Positions 10,201 through 19,393 of a stretch of DNA of 56,737 nt are shown here, piece after piece. Each line of letters starts with the position of its first letter. The stretch's first letter is position 1. The DNA is from a virus (Duplodnaviria > Caudoviricetes). The translations under genes and the position numbers were made by a program. Location of the stretch: positions 1 through 56,737 of the IMG/VR virus record IMGVR_UViG_3300042934_000724. The stretch is one strand, 5' to 3'. Under the pieces are notes generated by a model that saw nothing but the letters and a program-made list of their open reading frames with translations, was not told where the DNA came from and made no database searches.

Positions 10201-10889
10201 AGCAGCGCGGTGTTCGGGTAGCGCAGCTTGGCGTCAATGACTTCGGTGTAACCGGCCACCAGCATGGTGTCGGCGATCTTGTTGGTGTTCTGGTTCGGCG
10301 TCAGGCGGCGCACGCGGATCTGCCACCCAGTGGTGGCGTCCGGCAAATCGATGCGGCGCGAGCGCTCGTAGCGCGTGGTGGTCTTGCCGTCGACGGCGTC
10401 CACGAGCACCTGCTGATAGGCGCCGCCATCGGTGGCCACGTCGATCGCGTATTCGATCCGGTAGCCGCCGACATTGCCCTGGTCATCGGAGCGTTGCAGC
10501 GCCGGCCACGCCAGACGCATACGCACGGCGGAAAGCTGGGTGTTGGTGATTGACCGAACCCACGGTGAATCGCTGCGCAGCTCAATGTTCAGCGACGTCT
10601 CGTTCTCGACGGACGGAATGCCTGGGATGTAGGTCTGATCCACCGAACCCGGGCGCCAGTCCCACTTCACGTTCGGGAAGTTGTAGTTGCCGCTGGCATC
10701 GCGGATCGGCGTGTTGTCCAGGTAGATGTCGTAATCGGTCGGGACGCTGTCGAACTCGCCCTCACCCACGGCGATCAGCAGTTTTGCCAGGTTGGTCGAG
10801 CGCAGGCTGTCGCTGGCTTCGGTCGGCGACTTCGGCTTGCTGCTGCCGCCCTTCTCGCCGTGGATATCGATCTGTGCTGCTGCGCCCAT
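7284..10889 (-). CDS. Central tail tip / host specificity protein (lambda J-like)
   Basis: 1201 aa; GEGEF, YPNTAL, WTNNPAW, GCT..SEAQRRGKW motifs, FN3-like segments, C-terminal coiled coil. Confidence 0.93.
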   Translation of the reverse strand: MGAAAQIDIHGEKGGSSKPKSPTEASDSLRSTNLAKLLIAVGEGEFDSVPTDYDIYLDNTPIRDASGNYNFPNVKWDWRPGSVDQTYIPGIPSVENETSLNIELRSDSPWVRSITNTQLSAVRMRLAWPALQRSDDQGNVGGYRIEYAIDVATDGGAYQQVLVDAVDGKTTTRYERSRRIDLPDATTGWQIRVRRLTPNQNTNKIADTMLVAGYTEVIDAKLRYPNTALLYIEFDAEQFTNIPAVTVKCKARRWMVPSNYDPIARTYTGTWDGSMKSAWTNNPAWITYGICTEDRFGLGKRIKPFMVDKWELYRIAQYCDQLVPNGLGGQEPRFLCDMNLQGKADAWSLLRDISAIYRGMTYWAQGQLVMQADMPRAQDFDYVFTRSNVIDGKFSYGSASAKTRYTRALVSYDNPANNYDTDVIPFADLDLQRRYGDRPTELSAIGCTRASEAQRRGKWAILSNNQDRTVSFKTGMEGVIPLPGHIIPVADSLLAGREVGGRISAVAGKVVTLDRDTLAKAGDRLIINLPGGRAEGRTVQSVNGRSVTVTVAYSEPPVAQLQWALDADDLAIPLYRVLRTKRTTEGDYEISALQFEPSKFAFIDTGARLEERPISVIPITVVPAPASVTLSSTSSVVQGLAVATMTISWPAVDGAVGYDVEWRKDSGNWIKLQRTGMTNVDVVGIYAGAYVARVRAVSAFDISSIWRNSILTNLKGKEGLPPAVSFLRTVSKVYGIGLEWGFPPGAEDTQRTEIWNSKTNDLAAAVKLADFAYPQANHEMQNVVPGTSLFFWARLVDRTGNVGPWFPAVNGVNGQVSIDQAEYELYFLGKIQESALGQKLLEEIGKISGDGEGSVNDRIEQAKQELEELIGEITDAMVYDPAKPYGKGEVVRLDGRLFSAIKAVPAGTAPPNPEFWYDMGTIAETTNALALQVQQHSTQIETLDGKVSAQASTMQALQAAWREDDGTGAMADALHGWENTASIVTNDKVRAEENRASATRITTLDAAVETNAANVTSLATAVATDKEATAQKIDTLTAKTSDATAKAETASTVVAGLNGKVSALTTIKTSTTVGGRTVMAGLAIGVDGELQESQILAFAQRFAILDEVSGQMIAPFVVQGGQVFMNTAIISQAFIKELVLGMTLRSAALNNQGLPLLEINIPAGTFTLRGQSDSGYTLLNNNGIYVYDLNYIERAALGKMT

Positions 10890-10981
10890 GCTTTCCTCCA
10901 GGCATAAAAAAACCCGCCGAAGCGGGTTAGGTGGTGATCTGTGCGGTGGAGCTTATGAAACTGCTGGCAGATGGAGAAACT

Positions 10982-11335
10982 CTAAAGACAGGTCTTGGCG
11001 CTCGCGACGCGGCGATCGATTATCCATCCCATGCTGCCGCTAGTGTAGAACCGAACTACGGTTTGCCCTTTTTCGCCGATAACGTCCGCCATCTCTCTGT
11101 TTCCGGCGTTAACCACAGACTTTCCACCACCTGGGCGAGGCTGAAGGCTTACCGCGTAGTGAACCCCAGCCAAGGACTGGTTTTGCCAGGCATAAAGGAT
11201 GCATTCTGCGACCTGCTGCTCCGGCTTCTGGGTTGTGAAAGTCTTCTCAGGTCCCTCTGCCCGCATATCTTGGAGTGATGTGGTACAGCCGCCAAGAGCA
11301 ACAACACAACAAAATGCCGCGATAATCCTTTGCAT
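10982..11335 (-). CDS. Lipoprotein moron
   Basis: Lipobox LGGC; inserted between tail I and J; terminator near 10905-10930. Confidence 0.75.
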   Translation of the reverse strand: MQRIIAAFCCVVALGGCTTSLQDMRAEGPEKTFTTQKPEQQVAECILYAWQNQSLAGVHYAVSLQPRPGGGKSVVNAGNREMADVIGEKGQTVVRFYTSGSMGWIIDRRVASAKTCL

Positions 11336-11384
11336 CGTCTTCCCTCCGAAAATGGCGACTGTATCACCGGCCGGTCCTAGGCCG

Positions 11385-11987
11385 TTAAGCTTTGTCTTCA
11401 GCCAAGATTGACGCAGAGATGATCATCCCGCCCCACCGGCGTTCGCCGATGCAGATCGGTACCGGGTTGCCGCTGGCCGTGGTGTTCTTCGCGCTGCCGA
11501 AAGCGTAGGAAGGAGAGTTCTCGGGGGAGGCGCTCTGCTTTAGGCCTGAGGCCTGCGGACTGAGCATTTGAATTACGCCGCCGGCGACCAAGCCAATACC
11601 TGCACCGATCAGAGGCGCGCCGAACGGGGTGGTGGAAAGGAACGTACCTGCAACGATCAAGACCGCTCCAATAATCGTCTGGATGAGGCCGGCTTTTTTG
11701 CTCCCCTGGATGATCGGCACAATGCGAATATCAGTTGCTCCACCCAATCCAAATTCCGCCTCGCCGACGTTTTTCCGATTGCGAAACACGGCGAAGCGCA
11801 TGCCCAGCCGGTCGAGGCGTTGAATTTCTTCCTTGAACCCTACAAGCGTTGCCTTCAGCGCTCTGAATGCCTCCCATGCTTGGCCGGAGTCCAAGACTCG
11901 ACGGTGAACCCTGCCAAACTTCGCCGCCAAGGACCCTGACAATTTGATCGTAGTCATTGGCTGATAATGAGCAACGGTGGAATGCAT
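11385..11987 (-). CDS. Tail assembly protein I
   Basis: IKLSGSLAAKFGR, IRIVPIIQGSK, GNPVPICIGER..GG motifs. Confidence 0.9.
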   Translation of the reverse strand: MHSTVAHYQPMTTIKLSGSLAAKFGRVHRRVLDSGQAWEAFRALKATLVGFKEEIQRLDRLGMRFAVFRNRKNVGEAEFGLGGATDIRIVPIIQGSKKAGLIQTIIGAVLIVAGTFLSTTPFGAPLIGAGIGLVAGGVIQMLSPQASGLKQSASPENSPSYAFGSAKNTTASGNPVPICIGERRWGGMIISASILAEDKA

Positions 11988-12040
11988 GCTTTTCTCCGGA
12001 CATAAAAAAACCGCCCGAAGGCGGCTGATTGAAAATTTAC

Positions 12041-12463
12041 TTACTGATAATCGACGTATGGGCCAATAAAAAATCCGCTCATGTCCCCGCTGATTCGGTA
12101 GAGGCTTTCTTTGCCGCTTTTCACATTGGCAGAGATCGTACGGATGGCTGCCCCGCCACAAAGCCCAGAGCCGGCAAGACCAGCTCCGATACTTGGATTA
12201 CCCGGCGGAAGGTAAAAGGATGCGCGCTGCCCGGTGCCGATTTTAGCGGCCTTCCGGCCATCGACATACACGACTATGTCACAACCAGATCCCACCATTC
12301 CCGAGTCCCGGACGACGGTGACCTTGCCGCTTTCGCCGGCCGGCTTATTTTGAAACGCGTACAGCTCATCACGCGGCACCGGATCAGCCTGGCTAACCGG
12401 AATGGCGGAAGATGCACACCCCGCCAACATCGCTACCGCCAGCGCTCCTACGATCAATTTCAT
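12041..12463 (-). CDS. Lipoprotein moron
   Basis: Lipobox LAGC; VVRDSG..GSGC..YVDG; flanked by terminators (12003-12026, 12518-12548). Confidence 0.8.
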   Translation of the reverse strand: MKLIVGALAVAMLAGCASSAIPVSQADPVPRDELYAFQNKPAGESGKVTVVRDSGMVGSGCDIVVYVDGRKAAKIGTGQRASFYLPPGNPSIGAGLAGSGLCGGAAIRTISANVKSGKESLYRISGDMSGFFIGPYVDYQ

Positions 12464-12556
12464 GCAGGTCACTCCTGTGGGAAAGGGTGAACAATATCAC
12501 TGGGGCGGACGGAAATGAAAAAGCCCGGCAGATACCGGGCTCTTTTTTAGAGTTAC

Positions 12557-13048
12557 TTATTTCTTAGCGGAAATCGAAATGTGTACCTGTGAAGAATCTA
12601 CGCGGTAACTGTCACCCAATTGTTTTGCGGCCTCATCTAAGGATAAAAAGCCGCGCCGATGCAAGTCAGGCTTCAATTGAACAATTTCACCAGCGCTGAA
12701 AAAATCATCTTCCGTAAATTCGAAAAGCTCAGGCCTCATTCTGTCAAATGAATGATAACGATAGGCACGCGGAACCTCGGGATTACGCCATGATAATGAG
12801 CGCAATTCAGCAGCCCTTACGGTTACCAAACCACCTTCTTCTTGAGGCAACAACACCTCTCGCACCTTCACAACCCAGCTAGGAGTATTGTTAAAAACCC
12901 CAATCACATATTGCAGCCCGACGAGCTTGAATAAATTAATCTCCCCCAATGGGAGCTTGAATTCATGGGCTTCCAACATTTTCTTGTAGTCATCATCACT
13001 AAAGTATACGGAAACCGCTTTGATCTTTTTTACTTCGTCCGTTGACAT
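12557..13048 (-). CDS. AT-rich hypothetical moron
   Basis: 163 aa from the ATG behind a GGGAG SD; visibly lower GC than neighbours. Confidence 0.7.
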   Translation of the reverse strand: MSTDEVKKIKAVSVYFSDDDYKKMLEAHEFKLPLGEINLFKLVGLQYVIGVFNNTPSWVVKVREVLLPQEEGGLVTVRAAELRSLSWRNPEVPRAYRYHSFDRMRPELFEFTEDDFFSAGEIVQLKPDLHRRGFLSLDEAAKQLGDSYRVDSSQVHISISAKK

Positions 13049-13262
13049 TACAGCTCTCCCTATTGATATCAGATAGACATCAATTTTTAGCACGAATACG
13101 AGCTGAAATAAACTCCAAATTTACTGTACAAATCCACAATATCGCGCCGCCCCGTCACATAGTAGCCTCGCGCCCTAACGCAACGGATTCCCCAGTCCTT
13201 TGCCTGCAAGCCCAAGGACTGGGATTGCGCCACTTCGGCGCGCTTATGACCTGGAGGTCAAT

Positions 13263-13526
13263 GTGAGTAACGGACAGAAAATTTTCCCGTATTTACTGAT
13301 TACACCAAACCAAGAGGTAGGGATCACGGCAGCTTTGTTTGCCGAAGGTCAGTTTTTCCAGACCGACGATAATAATCTTTACTCATTCCTCAGCACAAAG
13401 TCCTTTGAAGAGATAGACGGCGAGCTGAAAAAGGCCGGTAAGCCGTACGCATTGGTGTTAGCTGAACAATACGGATACGGTGGAGCGGACGGAAAGCTTG
13501 CCCGGGTGTTTGACCACATCAAATAG
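13263..13526 (+). CDS. Hypothetical moron, antisense to the tail operon
   Basis: GGAGG SD plus GTG start, 87 aa. Confidence 0.65.
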   Translation: MSNGQKIFPYLLITPNQEVGITAALFAEGQFFQTDDNNLYSFLSTKSFEEIDGELKKAGKPYALVLAEQYGYGGADGKLARVFDHIK

Positions 13527-13725
13527 GCCGAGAGCGTCCACCAGACCACCGCAATTTGCCGTCGACCACCTCAATTTTTGAGTTTTCGGTCATTCGATAC
13601 GGGCCGCTGAGCAAATACTCGGCGCGCCCATCGTGCACATCAACCTCGACCGGAGAGCGGTCTGGCTGATGCTCCAGCCCTTGCCTCCAAGCGATTATCG
13701 GCTCGTACGGATCTTTGTTTTTCAT
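13519..13725 (-). CDS. Hypothetical protein (68 aa)
   Basis: GAAGGA SD; downstream of tail K, convergent with 13263-13526. Confidence 0.5.
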   Translation of the reverse strand: MKNKDPYEPIIAWRQGLEHQPDRSPVEVDVHDGRAEYLLSGPYRMTENSKIEVVDGKLRWSGGRSRPI

Positions 13726-13749
13726 AATTTTTCCTTCGGCTCTGCCGCG

Positions 13750-14514
13750 TCATTTGGTCGGGTGTGAGTTTCTGTGTCTGAGAATCAGACGTGTCCGGTC
13801 GAGCCACGGCCCACCGAAAACGACAACCTCGGATGGCCTGCCGTACAGGTGGTGAAGCAGGAACGGTCCAGGGCCGAACGTCGCGGCATCCTCGCCGGGC
13901 AAAGCCGGATCGGCGCCGAGGAAGATCCCGGCATGGTTCGGATAAACTGTCCGCCCCACCTCCATCACAATCATGTCGCCGCGCTGCGGCTGGTCGACGC
14001 GGCAGAAGCCGGCTGCCTCGTAGTTCGCTTCGTACAGACTGGTGTTGTCCTTGCTCTCCCACCAGCCGTCGGCGCGCTTGAAGGCTTCGAACTCCAGCCC
14101 CCACTCGCGCTTGTACCAATCGGCGCACACCTGCCAGCAGTCCCACGCCCCGTGCACAAATGGCCGTTTCAGCAGCGGCACCTCGCCGGTAGGCACGATG
14201 GTGCGCAGGTCACCTTCCGGCCAGCTCAGGATATGCCAAGGCATCGCGGTCGCTTCGCACATGGCGAGGTCACGCGGTGACGGCCTGCTGGTGGCGTCCG
14301 GATGAGAATGCACCACGCCGATCACCTCACCGATGTCCTCGGCTGCTGCGTACTGCTCAGGGTCGATTCGGAATTCTTCGTTCGGCTCGATCGAGACGTT
14401 GATGCAGGGGAAGTATTGCTGCTTGCGCCCAATTGCCAGCAGCAGCCCGCAGCACTCTTTCGGGTACTCGGCCGCCGCGTGCGCTTGGATCGCGTTCAAT
14501 ATGTGCTTTCGCAT
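13750..14514 (-). CDS. Tail assembly protein K (JAB + NlpC/P60)
   Basis: YPKECCG, HSHPD...PS..D, DCWQV, NHAGIF motifs. Confidence 0.93.
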   Translation of the reverse strand: MRKHILNAIQAHAAAEYPKECCGLLLAIGRKQQYFPCINVSIEPNEEFRIDPEQYAAAEDIGEVIGVVHSHPDATSRPSPRDLAMCEATAMPWHILSWPEGDLRTIVPTGEVPLLKRPFVHGAWDCWQVCADWYKREWGLEFEAFKRADGWWESKDNTSLYEANYEAAGFCRVDQPQRGDMIVMEVGRTVYPNHAGIFLGADPALPGEDAATFGPGPFLLHHLYGRPSEVVVFGGPWLDRTRLILRHRNSHPTK

Positions 14515-14515
14515 G

Positions 14516-15265
14516 TCAGCTCCGTGCGATCAGAGAAACGGCCGGGAAGCCACCGAACGGCAGCGGATTCCCTTCGCCGAAGCGTGGAATGCAACCCTTG
14601 CCCAGCGTGGCGTCGCATTGGTCGAGTTCAGGGTTATCGGTGATGACGCCGTCCTTCGTGACGTACGGCCCGGTGTAACCGCAGTTCGGCCCGCGATAGC
14701 CACCGGTGAGACACCAATGGCAAAGAGTCGTGGCTTGGCGTCCGATCGACTCATTCCCCACGTCGCCCGGGCTCGCCAACTCCCAACTGACCGTCTCCCC
14801 GTCCTCGTTCGTCTTCTGGTCGATGTACCAAACCTCGATCGTCTCTTGGGTTGGGTCGGCGGTTGGGTTGCCTGCCGGGAAGTTCGCAGCGTCGAGGTAG
14901 CTGCCGAGCGTGTGCCGCATCGTCAGTTTGAACTCGAGCAAATCCTCGAACGCAAGACAGAGCGCAGTGATGCGCCCGTTTACGTTGCCCACCGACAATG
15001 TCGGCCGGACCGCTGTACCGTCGCCGTTCGCCTCGATGCCGTCGATCTGCATCGGCCAGGCGCTGTACTCGTTTCCCTGCCAGTAGATCGCCTTCGCCGG
15101 CAGCTGGTCAGCATCAGCGCCAGCGGCGATCAACTCGGCTGGCGTGTGCGGTATCGCGTGCCCATGGAAGCGCAGTACATCCGCGCCGTAATCCGTGCCG
15201 TCCAATTCAAAGAGCAGCACTTCGCTGCCAGGCTCAAGCACCTGGATGTCACCGATCAGCGGCAT
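14516..15265 (-). CDS. Minor tail protein L
   Basis: RPTLSVGN, C.W...YRG..CGY, C..RFG...PFGGFP Fe-S cysteines. Confidence 0.93.
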   Translation of the reverse strand: MPLIGDIQVLEPGSEVLLFELDGTDYGADVLRFHGHAIPHTPAELIAAGADADQLPAKAIYWQGNEYSAWPMQIDGIEANGDGTAVRPTLSVGNVNGRITALCLAFEDLLEFKLTMRHTLGSYLDAANFPAGNPTADPTQETIEVWYIDQKTNEDGETVSWELASPGDVGNESIGRQATTLCHWCLTGGYRGPNCGYTGPYVTKDGVITDNPELDQCDATLGKGCIPRFGEGNPLPFGGFPAVSLIARS

Positions 15266-15274
15266 GGTTGCCCC

Positions 15275-15613
15275 TTATGGTTGGAATGCCCGCTCGAACG
15301 TGGCGGTGAGTTTAAAGACCCCGCCGCCCATTGGGGTAGGAGCGGGATTTTTGCAGGTGAACAGCCCGAGCTCGCCGAGCGGCGTTGTCCACAGAAACGC
15401 CTTCGCGCCGGCGTGCCGATCAAGGAACCCCATGATCTCCAGCACCTTGGCCTTTCGACCGGAGCAAGTGATCGGATAGGAATCCTCCTTGTTGTTCGGA
15501 CCGTCGCCAACGTTCTGCGCGTAGCCGCCGCCGAACTTAGAGGTGCGCACCCGATAGGTGATTTCGGGTGCCTCACCGCGCTCGGTTGGCCAGGTGAATT
15601 TCTCGATGGCCAT
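15275..15613 (-). CDS. Minor tail protein M
   Basis: FTW, FGGGY.Q, FLDRH.G.KAFLWT.P. Confidence 0.9.
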   Translation of the reverse strand: MAIEKFTWPTERGEAPEITYRVRTSKFGGGYAQNVGDGPNNKEDSYPITCSGRKAKVLEIMGFLDRHAGAKAFLWTTPLGELGLFTCKNPAPTPMGGGVFKLTATFERAFQP

Positions 15614-18600
15614 CAGGCCCTCCCATTGGCATTTCGAAAGCTGGTGCCGCCAGCGCGCCAAGAATCAGCGACGGCCTTTTCCGCTACCGCCTGCATTTGC
15701 GATTGAAGATTTTTCGAGAGCGCTTGCTGGTCGATCTGCATGCCTTCAGACCCACGGTCCTCAGTTACCACCGTGACCGGCGCGCTGATGCTGATCGTTG
15801 TCCCGGAACCGCCACCAGCAGCAAGAACGCCGAGTTTGCCGCTGGAAGTTCTGGTCAAAGGCATGATCGCCTCAGGCCCTGCCTCGCCCATTACACCCGC
15901 CCTGCCGCCGGCCATCCCGAAAGCTGTCGGCGTGCTGACGATGTTGTTGGTGAAGGCGCCGCCGTTGGCAAACATCTGCACACCCGACGACCAGGCACCG
16001 CCGAGCGCCTGCGGAAAGTAGGCGCTGGAATAGCCCGCCGAGGATGCGCCGAGATTGGAGGACGTCGCGCCCGCAGACCCAGCCGCCAGCCCATTGCCGC
16101 CACTACCGCCGGTGAAGTAACTGGTGGCAGCACCGACGAGGCTGCTCAGCAATGCCGAACTGGCCTGACGCGTCGCGATGCGCGCCATATCCGCCAGAAT
16201 CGACTTGGTGAAGTCAGCAAACGACAGCTTCCCGGTCATAGCGAAGTTGACGACTGCGTCCTCCATGGAGCTGAAGGCGTTGCCGAACAGGGTTTTCGTC
16301 TGGCCGGCGATGTTGCTCGCCGAATCCAAATAGTTGGCCCAGGCCGATGTCGCGCCCTTCGTCCAATCACCCTGCGCCGCCTCCACATCCGCGTAGTTCT
16401 GGCGAATCTGGTCGGTAGCCGCCTTGTTCGCATCCGCGAGAGCCTGCGATTTTCGAGCGAACTCTTCCTCCGACATATTCCGCGACGGGTCGGTTTTCTG
16501 ATTTTCCAGCTCGAGCGATTGCTGAGCGAACCGATCTTGCTGGCTGTTCAGTTCACCGTTCAGGGCGTTCTGCCGATCCCCTTGGCCAACGCCGACTACC
16601 GCCCGCTGCCCTGCCAGTTCCAATGCTCGCTGCTGCTGGCTCAAGGCCTGAACGTAGGAGGAAATCGCTCGCTCCTGCTTCGCCAGCCTTCCGGTTTCGC
16701 TGGTAGCGAGCACTTCGAGCTGGCTGTCAGCTTCCTTTTGCGCCTTGAACATGGCGGCGCGAGCATCGGCAATTTTCTGGTCCAGCTGAATGCTTTGCGC
16801 GGCAGAGGTGGTCTTTTTGGCTTTCGCGGCTACCAGCGCAGCGATCTCAGCCTTGTAGGTTGCGGTCACTTCGTCGCGCTCGTTGCCGATCAGCGCTTCA
16901 CGCTTCAGGACGTAGTCGGCCTGAGAAACAAGTCCAGCCTTCTGCGCTGCGTCCAGTTCCTTCTGAGCGTTTTTGTACTCAGCGCTGATAGCTGCCAGGT
17001 CGTTCTTGGCATTGTTGAAGCCGGTCATATCGACCTGAGTGGCTGCCGTTTTCGCGTCCTTGAACTGGTCGTTGATGTTCGCCAGGTTCTTGTCGATCGC
17101 CGCCTGATTCAGGCGAGGATCGTTCGGGGCGACCTTGCGGATGTCTTCGAGCTGACGCTTGTACTCCTTGATCGCCTCGGTGCGCTTCTGCTCGTTCGTC
17201 CATGCCGACTTGGTGAGAGCGTCGATCTTCGCCATCGACGAGACGGCATCGCCTTGTGCCTTCGCCTGCTCACCCTGCCACTTGGCGATATCGGCTTCTG
17301 CGGCCTGCTGGTCCTCCAGCATGTTGAGGCGATTTTGATAGAGATCGATCATCTCCTGCTTATTCTGGAACAGGCCTACGTCACCCGCCTGAGCGCCCGC
17401 CAAGTCACGGCGGGCCTGCTCGATATCAGCGCCGATATCGCTACGCCCGATGTTCTTCAACCCATCAGCAGCGCGAGCAACGGCGTTGTAGCCCTTCTCC
17501 CAGAAACTCAGGTTCTCGAGGATTCGCGGCGTGCGCTCGTTGATTGCATCAGCGAACGACTCGGTCGCCAGCTTCACGGCGCCGGCATGGTCGCCCTGCT
17601 TCTCCAGTGCCGTGATCTGCGAGTAAACCGACGCAGTGAGATAGTGGTACTGCTCATTCAGCGCGGCAGATGACTTGACCGGGTCGTCGGCGAGCTTGGC
17701 GAACTCCGCGACAGTCTCGCTCACGGCCTTGCCGGTCGCTTCCTGCATCGACACCGCGGCTTGAGTGATGCCCGTAAAGCTCTCGCCAGCAATCTTTCCA
17801 TTACCGGCCAGCAGCGCTAGAACCTCAGCGGCTTGCCCAGTTGTGCCGACAGTCGCGCTCACCTGATGCGCCATATCGCCGAGCTGTCCAGCACTCACAC
17901 CGGCGTAATTGCCGGTCAGGATCAGCGATTTGTTGTAGCTGTCTTGCTCCTCGCTCCCCTTGTAGAAAGCGTATGCCAATCCACCCACCGCGGCAGTGGC
18001 CAGCGCCAGCGGGCCGAGAATCGCCAGCAGGCCCGCCGCGCCCTCACCCGCCCCGGCGCCCAACTGAGCAACAGCACGAACGCCGCTTCCCCAGTCGCCC
18101 GACGACAGCGCATTCCCCAGCTGCACCACGTTTTCCTGCGCCTGGCGCGAGCCGAGCCGCAGCTTTTCGAAGCCGGTCGCAGTTTTGTTGAGCTTGTCGT
18201 AGTCCTTGTCGATCTTGCCCAGGGCGGTGTTGTACTCGCCCTGGCTGATCCGGCCGGCATCCAAGTGTTTGCCCAGTTGCTCGACCTGAGTATCCAGCTT
18301 CGCCAGTGCAGCGCGGGCCGGGTCAATGGCGCCCAGCAGGCTATTCAGTGCCTTCTGCTCATCCATCGTCGACTTGGCTAGCGCCACCTGCTGCTTGTCG
18401 AGCTGCGCAGAAATCTTGGCGGCCTCAGCCTCGCCATAGGCGCCGGTCTTGGTCAGCTTCGCCAATGCTTCCCGCTGTTTTGCGAGATCCTGCGTGGTCT
18501 TGGCGTTGGTAGAGAGCGATTTCTCCAGCGCCTGCATTTCGTTCATCAACGAAACGGCGGACTGCTCGGCCCGGCCGCCGGCCTTAGCCATTTCATCTAG

Positions 18601-18663
18601 GCTGGTTTTGGCCTGAATAGCGTCGGCAGAGTCGATCTTGACGCCGAGTTCTGCAATGTTCAT
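15613..18663 (-). CDS. Tail tape measure protein (lambda family)
   Basis: 1016 aa Ala-rich helical protein; C-terminal GEAGPEAIMPL motif. Confidence 0.95.
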   Translation of the reverse strand: MNIAELGVKIDSADAIQAKTSLDEMAKAGGRAEQSAVSLMNEMQALEKSLSTNAKTTQDLAKQREALAKLTKTGAYGEAEAAKISAQLDKQQVALAKSTMDEQKALNSLLGAIDPARAALAKLDTQVEQLGKHLDAGRISQGEYNTALGKIDKDYDKLNKTATGFEKLRLGSRQAQENVVQLGNALSSGDWGSGVRAVAQLGAGAGEGAAGLLAILGPLALATAAVGGLAYAFYKGSEEQDSYNKSLILTGNYAGVSAGQLGDMAHQVSATVGTTGQAAEVLALLAGNGKIAGESFTGITQAAVSMQEATGKAVSETVAEFAKLADDPVKSSAALNEQYHYLTASVYSQITALEKQGDHAGAVKLATESFADAINERTPRILENLSFWEKGYNAVARAADGLKNIGRSDIGADIEQARRDLAGAQAGDVGLFQNKQEMIDLYQNRLNMLEDQQAAEADIAKWQGEQAKAQGDAVSSMAKIDALTKSAWTNEQKRTEAIKEYKRQLEDIRKVAPNDPRLNQAAIDKNLANINDQFKDAKTAATQVDMTGFNNAKNDLAAISAEYKNAQKELDAAQKAGLVSQADYVLKREALIGNERDEVTATYKAEIAALVAAKAKKTTSAAQSIQLDQKIADARAAMFKAQKEADSQLEVLATSETGRLAKQERAISSYVQALSQQQRALELAGQRAVVGVGQGDRQNALNGELNSQQDRFAQQSLELENQKTDPSRNMSEEEFARKSQALADANKAATDQIRQNYADVEAAQGDWTKGATSAWANYLDSASNIAGQTKTLFGNAFSSMEDAVVNFAMTGKLSFADFTKSILADMARIATRQASSALLSSLVGAATSYFTGGSGGNGLAAGSAGATSSNLGASSAGYSSAYFPQALGGAWSSGVQMFANGGAFTNNIVSTPTAFGMAGGRAGVMGEAGPEAIMPLTRTSSGKLGVLAAGGGSGTTISISAPVTVVTEDRGSEGMQIDQQALSKNLQSQMQAVAEKAVADSWRAGGTSFRNANGRA

Positions 18664-18690
18664 CGACTCACCTTGAATAGATGCCCGCGT

Positions 18691-19020
18691 TTACGGGCTG
18701 TTTTCCCTTTCCTCTGCCATGACGCGCAGGGCTTCGCCTTCCAGCACCTGAAGGTCTGGGAAGATTTCAGCGAGTTTCTTTTTCTTGATGCCGAGGAAAC
18801 CGGCCACGTCGCGGATGCTGCTGTAGTCGAGACCAATTGCGCCGCCGGCGCCGACACGCCACTGAGTGGACATCCTGTTGAACAGAAGGAAAGCAGGCCA
18901 AAGGCACGGCCAAACTTCGAATTCCTCTTCGATGTCCTCAGCGTCCAACCCGAATGCGGCAAGTTGCTCCGCATTCGGAGGAGGCTCATACATGGCGCGG
19001 GCGGCGCGAATCAGTTTCCC
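18691..19020 (-). CDS. Tail assembly chaperone GT extension (reached by -1 frameshift)
   Basis: TQWR.G..G..GLDY motif; the frame is open across the slippery site. Confidence 0.8.
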   Translation of the reverse strand, partial: GKLIRAARAMYEPPPNAEQLAAFGLDAEDIEEEFEVWPCLWPAFLLFNRMSTQWRVGAGGAIGLDYSSIRDVAGFLGIKKKKLAEIFPDLQVLEGEALRVMAEERENSP

Positions 19021-19391
19021 GTACGGGCCTTGGCGTAGGCAGCCTGATAAGCATCCACCACGGCCTCGGTTGCTCCGTGGCATGAGGTCACCAGCGCCTT
19101 GATGCCCTCATCGTCGAACTTGTCGTCGAACTCCCAGCTAACAACCAGATCCTTGATCTGCTGAACTTGGTTTTCGGTATCGACCGCAACGATTTGAGAC
19201 ATCGTAGGCTTGTCGCCGAACTGCTCAAGAGCTTCCTTGTGCCGTAGGTTCCAGCCATCAAACAGCGCCGCCAGCTCGATCCGGTCCCGATACTTGAAAA
19301 TGAATTCCACTTTCACCGGATCCTGGCCAACTACCGGGACCATCACTGCACCGGGGAAAGTTGGCGCTTGCGCAATTTTGAACTTCGCCAT
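19011..19391 (-). CDS. Tail assembly chaperone G
   Basis: 126 aa ending RTGN-stop, between tail tube and TMP. Confidence 0.85.
   Translation of the reverse strand: MAKFKIAQAPTFPGAVMVPVVGQDPVKVEFIFKYRDRIELAALFDGWNLRHKEALEQFGDKPTMSQIVAVDTENQVQQIKDLVVSWEFDDKFDDEGIKALVTSCHGATEAVVDAYQAAYAKARTGN
19014..19020 (-). promoter_or_regulatory. Programmed -1 ribosomal frameshift heptamer
   Basis: G GGA AAC immediately before TGA; the -1 frame reads GKLIRAARAM into 18691-19020. Confidence 0.85.
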
Positions 19392-19393
19392 GA

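Noticed and set aside
15697-17673. Long plus-strand ORFs opposite structural genes (also 9204-10553, 14333-15706, 25472-26488)
   Set aside because: Shadow frames caused by high-GC codon bias; no motifs or SDs
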